A stretch of DNA of 64,000 bases from Octopus vulgaris (Eukaryota): contig OX597827.1 in NCBI GenBank assembly GCA_951406725.2, forward strand, positions 55,924,001 to 55,988,000, written 5' to 3'. Position numbers and translations under genes: made by a program. Below, one piece after another: positions 28,417 through 42,320 of this stretch; positions within the stretch are counted from its first letter, which is position 1, and the number at the start of each line of letters is the position of its first letter. The notes beneath the pieces were generated by a model. The model saw only the letters and a program-made list of their open reading frames with translations. It had not been told where the DNA came from and did no database searches.

Positions 28417-31400
28417 GTCAAGAAAATAGTTAAGAACTCCTGGACAAACAAACCTTAAAACAATGACACAATTTCCATGACTCTTAGAATGACCTAGATA
28501 TTAAAATTTATGAAGCACACAGCTGCTGAATTAACATTTTGAGAGACAGAATCTCATCCTAGTTTCAGAATAACAATTGTTCTGCTACGATTTGCAGTAT
28601 CATTAACTTGTATCTTAACTATGAGAATGAAATTTCCTTTGAACACTGACGATGTATGGTAATTTTTATGCTCATAAAAATTTATGACTCAAATTTAAAA
28701 ATCTTGGAAAAAAATAAGTAAAATTATGGTTAGTTAATGTCTTTCACTAAATCATCAATGAAAATGAGGTGTGTTAATATTAGATATCAAAAGAAAAATA
28801 GCTTGAAATAAAAGAACACACACACATATATTACATATATTTTTCTTGGTCAGCTGGTCATAAACCAGAAAAAAAAGAGCACTCTTAAAGAAATGAAATT
28901 TTTTGAGCATTTATATAGATTTTTTAATGCATTTGAGTAGTACATCCTGAGCTATGGCAATAAACAGTCACTTTCTGATTGGTTATTGCCATAACCAAGG
29001 ATATACTACATGAACACATGTGCGTGTGTATGTGCACACATGTGGATGCATGTGTTACATTTCAGCTTTTTCAACCCATTGATGTTTTCTTTATATTTAC
29101 ATATTTTTCAGTCCAAGAGTTTGCAAATCTCAAAATCATTAAAATGTGATTTACATTAATGACACTGACACTGCCAATAATGTTTATTAATTATTCTTTT
29201 ATTTGTTTCGGTCATTAGACTGCAGCCATACTGGGGCAACACTTTGAGATCAATTACAAAATATTTCATTCAAATATTGATTTCAAATTTTGGCACAAAG
29301 TCAGCAATTCCAGAGGAGGGAAGGAGGGGGTAAAACAATTACCTCGACACCCCCCTGTGTTCAACTGGCACTTATTTTATCAACCCTAAAACAATGAAAG
29401 GCAAAGTCAACCTCAGCTGAATTTGAACTCAGAAAATAAAGACAAATGAGATGCTGCTAATCATTTTGCCCGGCATGCTTAATGATTCTGCCAGTTCACT
29501 GCTTTATTTCATTCAAATATTAAAAATTGCCAAGACTAGGTGTACTTTTACTTCATCAGAGCCAGTTTTCTGCCAGCATGGTATGTATACATGTATATGT
29601 CTAGGCTCCCATACCTAAATGTAGTGTTCAGAGTTTTCTGTTGGGGAACATAAGATGGGAAGCTTAAAAGTGTGCACATGCATTCAAACACACACACCTC
29701 CCAGTGTATTTGTCCAAGATGGAGACTCTGGCAAAAATGGTTAGTGTGAATGGCCCTATTCTGAGTATGTGCCTGTAGTTTGGAGAACAGGAGAGAGAGG
29801 GTTCAATAATGGTCAAGATAATCGTGGATCTATGGAGTTCCTTGATTGACCCTGGTTGGAGTTTCTCCTCTATCAGAAGGACTGCATCGTTAATGTTATC
29901 AGATCCTTTGTATTCTATTCTTTTATTCTTTTACTTGTTTCAGTAATTTGACTGTGACCATGCTGGAGTACAGCCTTAAAGGGTTTTAGCCAAAGAAATC
30001 AACCCCAGGACTTATTCTTTGTCAGCCTAGTACTTATTCTATCAATGTCTTTTGCCGAACTGCTAAGTTACAGGGACATAAGCACACCAGCATTGGTTGT
30101 CAAGTGATTGCCAGACTAGGCGTTGTAAGTGTTTATTGAGCAAAAACACGTAGAGCTCCACAAGGCTCTGGCAGGGTGGTGGTGGCAAAACCTGCAGTAC
30201 TCTTTCACCACAACTTTCTCTCACTCTTTCTTCCTGTTTCTCTTGTACCTGTATTTCAAAGGGCCAGCCTTGTCACACTCAGTGCCACACTGAATCTCCC
30301 CGAGAACTATGTTAAGGGTACACGTGTCTGTGGAGTGCTCAGCCATTTGCACGTTAATTTCACAAGCAAGCTGTTCCATTGATTGGATAACTGGAACCCT
30401 CGTCGTCGTAACTGACGGAGTGCCACGAGTGGCCTTATGCTTAAGGATAGGAAAGGGGCTCTTCTCTGTGAAACTCTAAGTACCAGGATAATCCAGAATT
30501 GGTAGGGTTCTTTGGTTTCTCCTGGGTGGTACTTCCCTCTAAACTAGAGAATTTTGTCATCAATTTTTTTTATTGTTTATACATGCAAATGTAAATCCCC
30601 GCTGTTCTTTGCTTTTGTATTGTCTTAAATGGATTTTCTTTTGCCCCTTGTGACCAATAAATCATTATCATCATCATTATCATTATTATATTATTATAGT
30701 GAAGCCGGAGAGCTTGGCTGAATTGATAACACACCAGACAAACTATTTACAATCATTTCATCTGTCTTTATGGTCCGAGTTCAAATTCCACTGAGGTTGA
30801 CTTTGCCCTCCATTCTTTCGAGTTTGATAAAATAAGTACCAGTCCAATACTAGAGTCGATGTAATCGACGAGCCACCACCACCACTACCAATTTTTCTCT
30901 TTGAAAAAATTATTATTATTATACTGAAGGTGGTGAGTTGCATGCTGGACGAAATGCTTTGCCTTTCATCCTTTCAATAAATTAAGTACCAGTTGCGTGC
31001 TGGAGTTGATCTAATCGACTGGCCCCCCCTCCCCCAAAATTTAAGGCCTTGTGCCTATAGTAGAAAAGAATCATTAGCACGCCAGACAAAAGGCTTATCA
31101 ACATTACTTCCGACTCATTAGGTTTTGAGTTCAAATTCTATCGAGGTCGATTTTGCCTTCATCTTTTTTGTGGGAGGGAGGGGCGATAAAATAAGTACCT
31201 GTTGAACATTGGGGTTCTATGTAATCGACTAACCCTCCCTCCATAAAATTAGAAAGAATTATTATTATTATTATTATTATTATTAAATAACCAGGAAAGT
31301 AAATCAAGGTATCCTATCAATGATAGGGTTATAGTTGAACGATAAAACTTAGCATTGTAATAGACAATTATCAGAGATTATTTCTGAAAACAACTGCAAC

Positions 31401-32054
31401 AATAATCAGCCAGCACACACGCACCCTGTTCTACAGGAATATCTGTGAGTCAGACCTATGAAAACGACCACCTGTTTTATAATTGAAGTGATGCGTGCAT
31501 GAGTGAGTGCGTGCATGTATGTTAGTATCCGTATATCAGTTTATTTCCTTAAACGAACTGGCACAGCATAAATTGCTTTATTTATAGCGTGAAAGGAAGT
31601 GTTTTCTGAATGGATAAGAATTAAACAGAGAGACGAGGAATAAAAGAAAATACGTGCTGCATAAAATAGCAGAGGAACACAGCGGAAAGAAATATACACC
31701 ATAAATTCACATCAGATTAATATAATATAATATAATATAACAAGGCAGTTCGTTATCAACAGATTTTCGTCTTAATAATGAAATCTAGAACGGAAACAAA
31801 CCTTTTAGTTCAGAAGCTTTTGACAGATACGTGAACAGGCATAACGTCTACATATGAAAAATTAGTATCACCGAGGGTGCAAGTATAAATGTGCATGTAA
31901 ATATATAGATCAATATAAATGCATGTGGGTGCGCATCTCTCTCTCTCTCTCTCTCTTTCTCTATGCGTGTATGCAAATCTGTGCTTCTGTATAAGCTGCG
32001 TTTATAATGTTTATATATGTTTGAATATATATGTGTGTATGTTTATATATAGGT

Positions 32055-32096
<42 letters not shown>

Positions 32097-32104
32097 TATA
32101 TATA

Positions 32105-32411
32105 TCACCATCACCGTGACTGACCAGGCTATCAGATGTTGCTATACATCGCTGGTCACAATGCGCTTCGCATTGTTTTAGCCTTCAAATGACGCCACCC
32201 CGCTGGCTAAGCGAGCAGGCCAACAGAACAAAGAGTGAGAGAAAGTTGTGGCGAAAGAGTACAGCAGGGATCGCCACCACCCCCTGCCGGAGCCTCGTGG
32301 AGCTTTTAGGTGTTTTCGCTCAATAAACACTCACAACGCCCGGTCTGGGAATCGAAACCACGATCCTACGACCACGAGTCCGCTGCTTAACCACTGGGCC
32401 ATTGCGCCTCC
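32105..32411 (-). mobile_element. tRNA-headed SINE, family D
   Basis: Minus strand TGGAGGCGCAATGGCCCAGTGGTTAAG..GGTTTCGATTCCC (A/B boxes), unique body, (GGTGAT) tail; shares head/centre with 30110-30427 (+). Confidence 0.85.
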
Positions 32412-33779
32412 ACATATATATATATGTGTGTGTGTGTGTGTGTATGGACGTGTATGTACGTATATATACACACACAAACATAAATAAGTTATGTGTAAGT
32501 GTATGTTACATGTGCATGTGTGTTAGAAAACTAGTGTTGGTTTACTTATGCACCTGTACTTTAACGGTTGGGCAAAAAGATCTGGGTATCTATATAAATA
32601 CCACACTTAAATAAGGACCGGAGCCAACTTAAAAGACTAAAACACCCAATGCGGTGCCCCAGCATGGCAGCAGTAAGATGACAGAAACTCCGTGTGTGTG
32701 TGTGTCCGGTATACACAATTGAGGCTGAATTACATTAAAACAACCATTGATGTATCATAATGTGTATACACCATTGATAGGCCAATTGCCATAGTACTCA
32801 TCTAGAGATAACATTTCTTAAGGACATGAGGGAGTTGAAAAATCATTCCAGCAGTGACTAGTAAAACTTCCTGATGCACTTCAACCTTTTTGGGCCTTTT
32901 CTATGACATGTGCTCACATTCAGTCACATACCTGACAAGAATTTGTCACCTCCAATACAGGAAACAGTGAATAACATAGTCACTGATGTTGTATATAGTT
33001 ACCTGGCTGAACAAACCTCTAATCACATAGCCATGCCTGCACCTATACATACACGATATTTGAAACAAATATATAACCAGGTTATTTACCTCTTACTTAT
33101 TTCAGCCATTGTACTGCAGCCATACTGGGGCACTCCCTTGAAGGAGTTTTAGCTGAATGAGTCAACCCGAGTACTTAATGCTCTCTCTTCTAAGTGTGGC
33201 ACTTCTATCAGTATCTTTTGCTGAACTGCTATGTTACAGGAACTTAGATAAGCTAACATAGGGTATCAAGTGGTGGTGGTGGTGTTGGAAGTAGACACAA
33301 ATACAAAGACACACACACACACATAAATATATGATGGTCTTCCACTCAGATTCTGTCTACTAAATTCACTCACAAGGTATTGTTTGACTCAGGAACAATA
33401 GTAGAAGGCACTGGGCCAAGGTGCCATACAGAGGGACTAAGCCCATAACTATGGTTGCAAAGCTAGCTTCTTGACAATACAGCCATGCATGTATGTGTGA
33501 GTGTGTGTATAGATATGTAAAATATATTGTTCAACCCATGTCAGCAAAGGAAGACGGACATTAAATGACAACGATGAGGATGATGAACTATATACATACA
33601 TATAATAATAAAGCATTTATTGGTACCCTACCAATATGGTATTATTGCACCAATATCGTATTATTTTAAATTCAGTTTAACTGAAAAACTTCACAAGTTT
33701 TTAGAGTTCTCTTAAAATCTGAATTTTCAACTGCTAGCACATAACAAATCCTCATCCAGACCTGATCCCAATGCTGAAT

Positions 33780-34620
33780 GTTCAAGAACCAAATGAAGGT
33801 GTTGGAATCACCATCATGAAGCTGGCTCTGAACGAGGATCTTTGCTATCACTCATACAAGAGGTGCAAGGGACAAATTCTGACAGTCAAGGCCAAGAAGC
33901 TCTTGGATCTTCCCAGATAGATAAAAACATCTGCAAGGACCAGAATCCACCACAGCCAGAGTAACAGGTAGCTTGCCTACAACACGTGTAATGTTCCACA
34001 TATCATGAAAACCAAGTTCCCCCAGACTGTGATGGTCTTTAGATTTATCTCTAGCGAGGATGACATCATGCTGGCCCATATCTTTGAATACGGTCTTAGG
34101 CTCAATTCAGAAGGCTATGTGAAACTGCAGGAGACTTTGGTCAAAACCCTTGATGGAGAAATTTACTCCTGGAAGGGATGTATACAGCAGTAGTAATTGG
34201 CTCTTTGCTATACCTCCAGAAAAAGTCAGAAGTGGTTGCTGGAGAATTTCTACGACATCACCAGCCCCACTTTCTGGCCTTCTAATTCCCCCAAATGTAA
34301 TCCAATGGGTTACTATGTTTGGGCTGCAGTTGAGAATGATACCAACTACACTACCTGCAACACCAAGGCCAGGCTGGTGGTCAAGATCAAGGAGGTGATT
34401 GAAGATTTTCCTAGCAATACTGTGAGAAACACGTGTCTGGTTCCGGAGCCATCTGGAAGTCGTGGTTGAAGCTGAGGTTGACAGTTATCTCTCAGTTATA
34501 ACCTAATTGGTATCTTTTGATTTTTAAAAAAAATATTTCAAAATGTTTATATTTCAAGATGGGATAGTGTTTTCTTTTCCATTTATGCACACCGTGAAAT
34601 TCAGCCTGAACATCCATATT
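33780..34620 (+). mobile_element. maT/DD37D Tc1-mariner transposase remnant
   Basis: MKTKFPQTVMVF..ISSEDDIM..HIFE.GLRLNSEGY, CYTSRKSQKWL.ENF..FWPSNSPKCNPMGYYVW; frameshifted. Boundaries approximate. Confidence 0.8.
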
Positions 34621-35760
34621 TATGTATATACGTATGTATGTATGTATGTATGTATGTATGTATGTGTGTGTGTATGTATGTAAAGGTAAACATATGTACG
34701 CATACACACACACACATATTCGTATATATCAATGTACATAAACATACATACACATATTTATATATGTATATACATACACATATGCATACACAAATACAAA
34801 CACACATATATATATGTATGTATGTATGCATGTATATTCATCCATGTACATAGAAATACACATATGTATAACTATATGAGATACATCTAAACACACCCAC
34901 ACATTATATATATATATATATATATATATACGTGTGCATATGGGCGTACGTGTAGAAGTGTACACTGTTGTTCATGTTTACATACATACATACAGACAGG
35001 CCTCTGCATTGAATTACAATTGTGTTGACATATTCCCAATATAGTTCAAACAGATTTTCTCACCTCCAACCTGCGTCGGATAGTTAGCATTTTATTGTAT
35101 TTATACATAATATCTATGTAATATGAATATAACCGCTAATCTCGTCCAATAAGCTACCCTCACGTTCTTAAAATGGGATCTGCATATTTTAAGTCTGGAA
35201 TCAATTGAAAATATTCATTCACTACCAATAAGGTCTGGATGATTATGTTCAGAAAACGCCCAACTGATTTGCAGGTTTAATCAGTTATGTAAGTGGTGAA
35301 TGAAAACAAAGTCTGAAAACAAGTCACAATATTCGTCTATGGAAAAAAAAGTCATAGGAAAAATTTCATATTGTATAATTATATATAATAAACGATAGAT
35401 TTAATTACAAAAAATAATATTTGAAAATCGCTTGGCCACCAAATTGATATAATAGTGTTTCACATATGTGGTGGAAAAATAAATCACGTTTCATATATCT
35501 ATAAAATCTTAAATAAAACAATGAAAAAAGAAAATGTTAATCAGTCATTTATTGATATTCTCCTGTGACTTTTTTTTTTTTCCTTCTGGATTCATGTAAT
35601 ATAGTTCTTGGTGAAATAGAACTAGTTGGGTACCTTCGCCCCGCCACCCAACAGTTGTTGCAAATGAACAAGAGCTGAAACTGAATGGGTAAAAAAAATC
35701 GATATTTTTTATATATAAATGACAATCTACAGCCATATAGATACATACACACACACACAC

Positions 35761-35799
<39 letters not shown>

Positions 35800-36658
35800 G
35801 TATATATACACACACACACACACACTACGCAAACTATACAGTATGGATCTACAATACTGTCGACTTTGAATTAATATACCCACCCACTCTATTGACAAGT
35901 ATACGAGTGTCTATTGTTTCTGATTACACATTCTTAGACGATCGTGTACGTGTGTGTGTGTAAAAACTGAACATTGACTGGCTTATGTTTTATAACAAGT
36001 CGTTCATATATAGACATAAATATATTCAGCTTGCAACATTTCTCATATTGTTTAGAAATAGTGAAATTGAAACATGGCACGGGTGAAGACCAATTTGTAC
36101 GGATTTTTTTTTTTACGAAATAGAAACACAAACAATTAAATACATACATACATAATATATATATATATATATAATATATATATACATATGATGTGCGTGT
36201 GTATATCTATATCATAGTGATGTCTGAGATTTTAATGAAAATTCGAATTGTATTTGTTTACAATTGCACATTATATATGTAGTTAGCTTGCATCGCATAT
36301 ATATGTATCTATATCTATAGCTAAATATATATATATATATGGGGGTGTGCATATGTTTCATGGTTGTGTTAGGATTATCATAATAGACAAATTGTTATTA
36401 AAAATTGATCGAGAAGAGGGTAACACATGATGTACTACAGTTGAATTCGTGACTACAACATTGTCGACATAATACTCAAGTGACAGGTTAGGTGCGTGAA
36501 TGCAGTGCTGTTTACATTGCATGTTGACTCACAGACTTCGCTGACAAAAGAATAACACATCATCACATTATTACCATTATGAGAGAGAAATCGTTATTGT
36601 AATTATCACAGAAATAATCATTGAATTATTTGTTATTGTCATTTATTAGTTTACCTAC

Positions 36659-36988
36659 CTCTAGGATGAGAAAAAGTTAAGGTACTGCACCGTTGGCAGT
36701 ACCCGTGCGTATGTATCGTATCCTTTTTTTTGGGTTCTTTTACTCGTCTTTTTTTTTGTTGTTGTTGTTTTTACTTGTGAGTGTCTTAATTAACTGGAAG
36801 AAATGCAGTTATGACAATTGCCGAAGAAAAAAAAATAATAATTCGCACTGAATGTGAGAATGACATCAGAGAAGAGATAAGAGAAAGAATGAATCGAACA
36901 GTGGTAGGAGATCAAGAGTAGGAGGCGGGAGCAATGATATGTTTATGTGGGTGGTTTTATATGTATGTGTGCGTGCGTGTGTGTGTAT

Positions 36989-37030
<42 letters not shown>

Positions 37031-37215
37031 CAGACAGAAAAACAGACAGAGAGAGGGATAGAGAGGCAGAGACAGAGAGTGACATGTGGAGAAGGAAGAG
37101 TAGATAAATAAATGGGAGGTGCAAAACAACTTTACTGAACCAATACAAAATGGCTACATTATTAGTCACGTGATTTAACACTTAGAAACTAAAAATACAA
37201 GGGAGATAACTTTAC
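36659..37215 (-). promoter_or_regulatory. Candidate promoter and non-coding first exon of the CCDC186-like gene
   Basis: Minus-strand donor GAG|GTAGGT at 36659/36658; YY1-type AAAATGGC (37147-37154), E-box GTCACGTGAT (37165-37174) and AAGGGAGATAACT (37199-37211) within 70 bp; CpG retained locally. The exon at 171-1802 has an acceptor and so needs an upstream exon. Confidence 0.4.
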
Positions 37216-38095
37216 CTTTTGCTTTATTTTTTATTTGTTTTGCGTCAGTCATTGGCTTGAGGCAATGCTGGGGCACTGTCTAGACTGATTTTAGTCGAAC
37301 GAATCAACTCCAGTACTTGTGTTTTTATATTCTTCTCTCTTTTTTTTTTTTTTTATAATCTGGTAGTTACTCTATCAGTGTCTTTAGCTGAACCGCTAGC
37401 TTACAAAGACATAACAAGCCAATGTCAGTGGTGGTGATGGTGGTAGGGTGGATAAACAAAAAAAACAGATATATCCATATATATTTACATACGAATACGT
37501 AGGAATTCTTTCAGTTTTCATCTACAGAATCCGTCCACAAGGCTTTGGTCGTCCCGGGGCTAGTGTAGAAGACACTTGTCCAAGGTACCATGCAGTGGGA
37601 CTGAACCCAGAACCATGTGGATGGGAATCAACCTTCTTACCATACAGCCAAGTCTGGCAGAACTGTTAGCACGCCGGGCGAAATGCATAGCCGTATTTCG
37701 TCTGCCGTTACGTTCTGAGTTCAAATTCCGCCGGGGTTGACTTTGCCTTTCATCTTTTCGGGGTCGATGTAATCGACTTAATTCGTTTGTCTGTCCTTGT
37801 TTGTCCCCTCTGTGTTTAGCCCCTTGTGGGTAATAAAGAAACATACTTTTTTTAATCTTTTAACTTTTACTTGTTCCAATCATTAGACTGCGGCCATGCT
37901 GGAGCAGCGCCTGGAGGAATTTTTAGTCGAATGAATTGACCTCAGTACTTTTTTTAAAGCCTTGTACTTACTCTGTCGTTCCTTTTTGCCGAACCGCTAA
38001 GTTACGGGGACGTAAACAAACCAATACCGATTGACAAGCGGTGGTTGGGGTACAAACATAAACGCACACACACACATGTATATACGACAGACGAC

Positions 38096-38801
38096 GGAAT
38101 TTTGGTATAAGGACGCCATGTAACCTCTCAACGTTTTATTTTTTGGAATTTTTAGAAAGTCTTTGCGAATTTGTGTTCTACACACGGGAATTCATATGAA
38201 TATGCAAAATAACGGATCTTTTCGGTTTGAACGACAGTTTTTTCTAGCGGTGTCATATGAAATTGTCACCCATAATTAATACCCTAGTATCGATCTATTG
38301 CATTTCAATCTGTTTTAGGCTTATTGTTAGGGGTGGGGGAAGGGTATCTTTTTTTCTTCACAAATGTAAATAAACCCAATCTGTTTCTTAAACGAGGGAC
38401 ATTTTCATACGGCACAGAATGTTTTCACCTCAATAGACGTCATTGATTGGTTGAAATTGCAGAAATTGAAGAAAAACAACAACAAATATCTTACAGACTA
38501 TAGAATTTTCTCAATAAAGCCAAGAGAAAAAGATGTTTTATAAACATATTCTACAAGTATACGAAGTTTAAAAGTGTTTAGTTACGTGGAAACTATTTTA
38601 AAAAACTGCCGTTCAAACCGAAAAGATCCGTGAGATGTGCTAAAAATTACAGCAAAATAGCGCTTAAATCACAGTTTCTTTTTTTTTGCATAATCATATG
38701 AATTCCCGCGTGTAGAACACAAATTCATCAAAAATTTTTTGAAACTTCCAAATAAAGAAAAAGTTATGAAGGATTATATAAGGTGTTTAAATCAGAATTC
38801 C
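38096..38801. mobile_element. Nested unclassified MITEs (outer ~110-bp TIRs; inner element 38214-38629) splitting a SINE
   Basis: Inner TIR GGATCTTTTCGGTTTGAACGRCAGTTTTT; outer arms GAATTTGTGTTCTACAC.CGGGAATTCATATGA inverted; SINE halves on either side. Confidence 0.75.
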
Positions 38802-39405
38802 ACCGGACGGGCTTGTTTCAGTTTCCATCTACCAAATCCACTCACGATGTTTTGGTCGACTCGAGGCGATAGTAGAAGACAATTGCCCAATGTGCCACGT
38901 TGTGGTACTGAAGCCCGAACCGATGTTTATGAAATGAAAAAGGGACGTAAAAAAATAAATAAGTGACGCTCTACGTCGGCAAATGTATAAAGTTAAAAAA
39001 CAAAAGATAAAAATAAGTGTAATAAGAGTTAATGACATTCACAAGATCAGATAATACTGTGTGCCACGAGACTACGTGAGTTCTGCCGCTTCGGACAGGT
39101 GGTTTCTTGTCAAAAGCAATGTCATCATTTGACAGTCGATCTTTTATCTTTTACTTGTTTCAGTCACTGACCGGCGGCCTTGCTGGAGCACCACTTTGAA
39201 AGGTTTAATTGATCAAATCAACTTCAGTAATTACCTTTTAAAAACCTGATACCTATTTTATCGACGTCTTTGTTGAACCGTTAAGTTACGGGGACGTAAA
39301 CAAACGAATACCGGTTGTCAAATAGTGCTGGGGATAAGCACGTATATAAAACACCTCTCTCTCTCTCGCTCTCCCACCCTCTCTCTCTCTCTCTCTCTCT
39401 CTCAG

Positions 39406-39437
<32 letters not shown>

Positions 39438-39481
39438 GAACAATCTTACTTAGAAAGGGATGTGTGCGTTCTGTCATATAA

Positions 39482-40140
39482 TAAATTAATAAATAAATAA
39501 AATAAAAGCATATATACATACATATATGTACGTACCTACCTCTACATGTATATATACATGCATATATGGGTACAGGACACCAAAAAACATCGAACACAAT
39601 GAGAAACGAAAACATAAACACAAAACCAAGGAAATGGACATTTTTTTAAACAACGAAAAAATAGAGTACAGGACATACAAAACAAGGAAAATTCCCCATC
39701 TTCAGTCGCCTTAATTTCATCTACTCCACGTTTCGAAGGTCAAGGCGATACATGTCTTCAATGAAATTTTCCTTCCCGCGAAAATCAAGTTAAATAAAAT
39801 TTGAGATTTTTTTGCGGAGGGGTAAAAATGGTAACAAAAACAGGATAGTAACGACAGTACAAAATATAAACAGTAAAAGACAGGACACGGAGAATAACTG
39901 AAGAAGGGGAATTTTCCTTGTTTTGTATGTCCTGTACTCTATTTTTTCGTTGTTTAAAAAAATGTCCATTTCCTTGGTTTTGTGTTTATGTTTTCGTTTC
40001 TCATTGTGTTCGACGTTTTTTTGGTGTCCTGTACCCATATATGCATGTATATATACATCATATATGCATGTATATATACATGTAGAGGTAGCTACGTACA
40101 TATATGTATGTATATATGCTTATATTTTATTTATTTATTA

Positions 40141-40145
<5 letters not shown>
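39482..40145. repeat. Long inverted repeat (~225-bp arms, ~190-bp spacer) between (TA)n tracts
   Basis: 39482-39706 is nearly the reverse complement of 39897-40145, which explains the mirror-image ORFs in the track. Confidence 0.9.
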
Positions 40146-40174
<29 letters not shown>

Positions 40175-40210
40175 ATTTTTTTTCTTTCGAAATTAAACCA
40201 ATTAGAATTA

Positions 40211-40334
40211 ATGTTGGCAATCAGACTAAGCTTTGAGCAAAGGAAATACATTCTAAAATGCTACTGGAAGTGTGAAAACGCAGTTAAAGTGCAAAGAGAG
40301 TTTAAGAGGGAGTTTCAAACAGATCCACCAACGC
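40211..40334 (+). mobile_element. N-terminal fragment of a rosa/DD41D-type (DUF4817 HTH) transposase
   Basis: MLAIRLSFEQRKYILKCYWKCENAVKVQREFKREFQTDPPT, truncated by the Penelope insertion. Confidence 0.7.
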
Positions 40335-42320
40335 AACCAAGGACGTGGCATAACGTCTTTCCGGGATCCTAAACGAGGATTTGTGGCTAAATCTGAGATC
40401 AGTCTGGCGAGCAAATACATGCTGACCAACATCAACAACGGCAGAAGGAAGGGGGGGGGGGTCACCACCCTCTCCCTATAGCGAAGCACAAACGAAGTGA
40501 TTACATGGTTTAATTCCAACAGGAGAAAGAGAAGAGCAAGGTTCACCCAGTTCAATATAGTGAATTTTTACCCGTCTACATCGAAAGGATTACTAGTCAG
40601 GACACTTTCCTTCGCTAGAGACTTCACTGACATTAGCGATAGACATAGATGTCATCATATCATGCACGCCAGGAAAACGGTTCTGTTTAATAAAGGTTCA
40701 ACCTAGGTCAAACAAAGCGATTCCGTGGGCTCATTTAACGTAGCGATAGGGGTCTATGACAGCGCTGATGTATGCGACCTCATTGGGCTGTCTATCCTAA
40801 AGAAGAAATTTTCTTCAGTCTTCTTTGGTCTCTACAGAGATGACGCCCTAGAGGGGTTAATGGGCAAACACTAGATAGGTTTAGGAAAGATGTGACTATC
40901 ACCCTTAGCTCCATGGGACTTAAAATTACAATCGAGACCAACCTCACCATCGCGGACTTATTAGACGTCACGCTCGACTTGGGCTCCGGTACATACAGGC
41001 CCTACCACAAGCCAAACGAAAGGTTCTTACCACCCACCCATCGTGTTCAGAAACCTAGTGTAGGGTGTCAGCAAGAATCTCGAACCAATCCTCTAACTAG
41101 GAGATTTTAGACGCTGCGGCCCCTTACTATTACGAGGCCCTAATTGCTAGCGAATTTAAGGTCCACACGTCTTACATGCCGAGCCCTAACACCCGCAGAA
41201 GGAGGCGCCACCGAAATAGCGTTTGGTTCCCCACCACTTCTCCCTCAATGTAAAAATGAGTGTAGGTAGGATATTCTCCAGCACTTTACACAATCACATA
41301 GGTACGGACACCTGTTCAACAGACACAACCTAATAGCCTCTTTTAGCTGCGCCCCCAATATTATGAGCATTTTAGTTAACACCCCTAGGGCACGAGCGGA
41401 AGCGGGATGCTCATGTAGGAACTGCAGCAGATGCCCAGTGCGAAACCAAAGGAATCATATATGAGGCCGAGGTGGTATCTGATCCTAATAGTCGCAGCAA
41501 CTTTTCCAGCAGCTACAACAGTAGCAGGAAATAGCAGCAATACTATCGTTAATGATAATGCTAATAATAATAGCAATAATAACAACAACTACTATAGCTC
41601 CGACAACAGCTCCAACAACGGCGGTAGTTATAGTAGTACCAACGAAGATACCAACAACGATAACAACACCAACAGCAACAGAAGTAACAGCGTCAACAGC
41701 AACGCCTGCAGCAGCATTCGGAAAAACATCGGATGCTCCGGAAACACCTTCAAGCAGCACCTCTCCAACCACAAATCCTCGTTTAGGATCCCAGAAAGAC
41801 GTTATGCCACAGCCTTGGCCAGTCACATGTGGAGCCTGAAGGACGAAGGGACTCCACGTGCAATCACATGGAAAATTCTAGAAAAATCAGATCCCTACAT
41901 CAACGAGAGCAAATGTTCCCCTCGACCCGGGAAACATTTTAAATTCCAGGACGGAAGTCTTCGGACCTTATTTACACTTTAGGCGATTCCTACTGAAATC
42001 CTGGGACCCGCAAGCTGACTGGGTGGATTCTGGATAATGGTCTAAGAGAGACAGTTCCTTACGCTTGACCTTTCTTCTTAGTTTGTGTGTTCGAAAATTA
42101 GCCACGAGGCCTCTTCTTCCTCCAATTTCAAGAGAAGTTATAGGTCACCGGCAATTCGGGTCTGACAAGACGTATGTAATGCTAAGCGATTTTTGGACGC
42201 AAAACCCTGAGTAACCACATGAATCAACCATAGTTAACATTCTCTAAATACTCTACTGTTCTATAACTGAACGTGTACTTCTCTTTCGGATTTATAATTT
42301 ACTGACTATATATATAAGTT
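40335..42320 (+). mobile_element. 5'-truncated, frameshifted Penelope-like retroelement (RT + CxC linker + C-terminal GIY-YIG; Nematis/Hydra-like), with short inverted 5' piece
   Basis: AKSEISLASKYML, FTQFNIVNFYPS, GVYDSADVCDLIGL, GLYRDD, GLKITIETNL..DLLDVTLDLGSGTYRPYHKPN, CSCRNCSRCP..C, GIIYEAEV, NIGCSGNTFKQHLSNHKSSF, ITWKILEK; inverted copy of the EN segment at ~40337-40388; degenerate HHR-like motif at ~42150-42216. Confidence 0.9.

Noticed and set aside
31425-31455. 31-nt minus-strand UTR exon candidate
   Set aside because: Splice-like motifs only, with a weak GTGCGT donor; cannot be supported without RNA data.
32340-32411. tRNA-like sequence
   Set aside because: It is a SINE head: no acceptor-stem closure and it continues into the SINE body.
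35230-35320. Possible C/D snoRNA (ATGATTA ... CTGA)
   Set aside because: Imperfect C box, no terminal stem, and antisense to the inferred host gene.
34492-36149. Numerous YI/CV/HT-rich ORFs (also at 2.1, 4.8, 6.0, 43.5, 54.3-55.1 and 60 kb)
   Set aside because: Translations of (TA)n, (TG)n and (TATG)n microsatellites.
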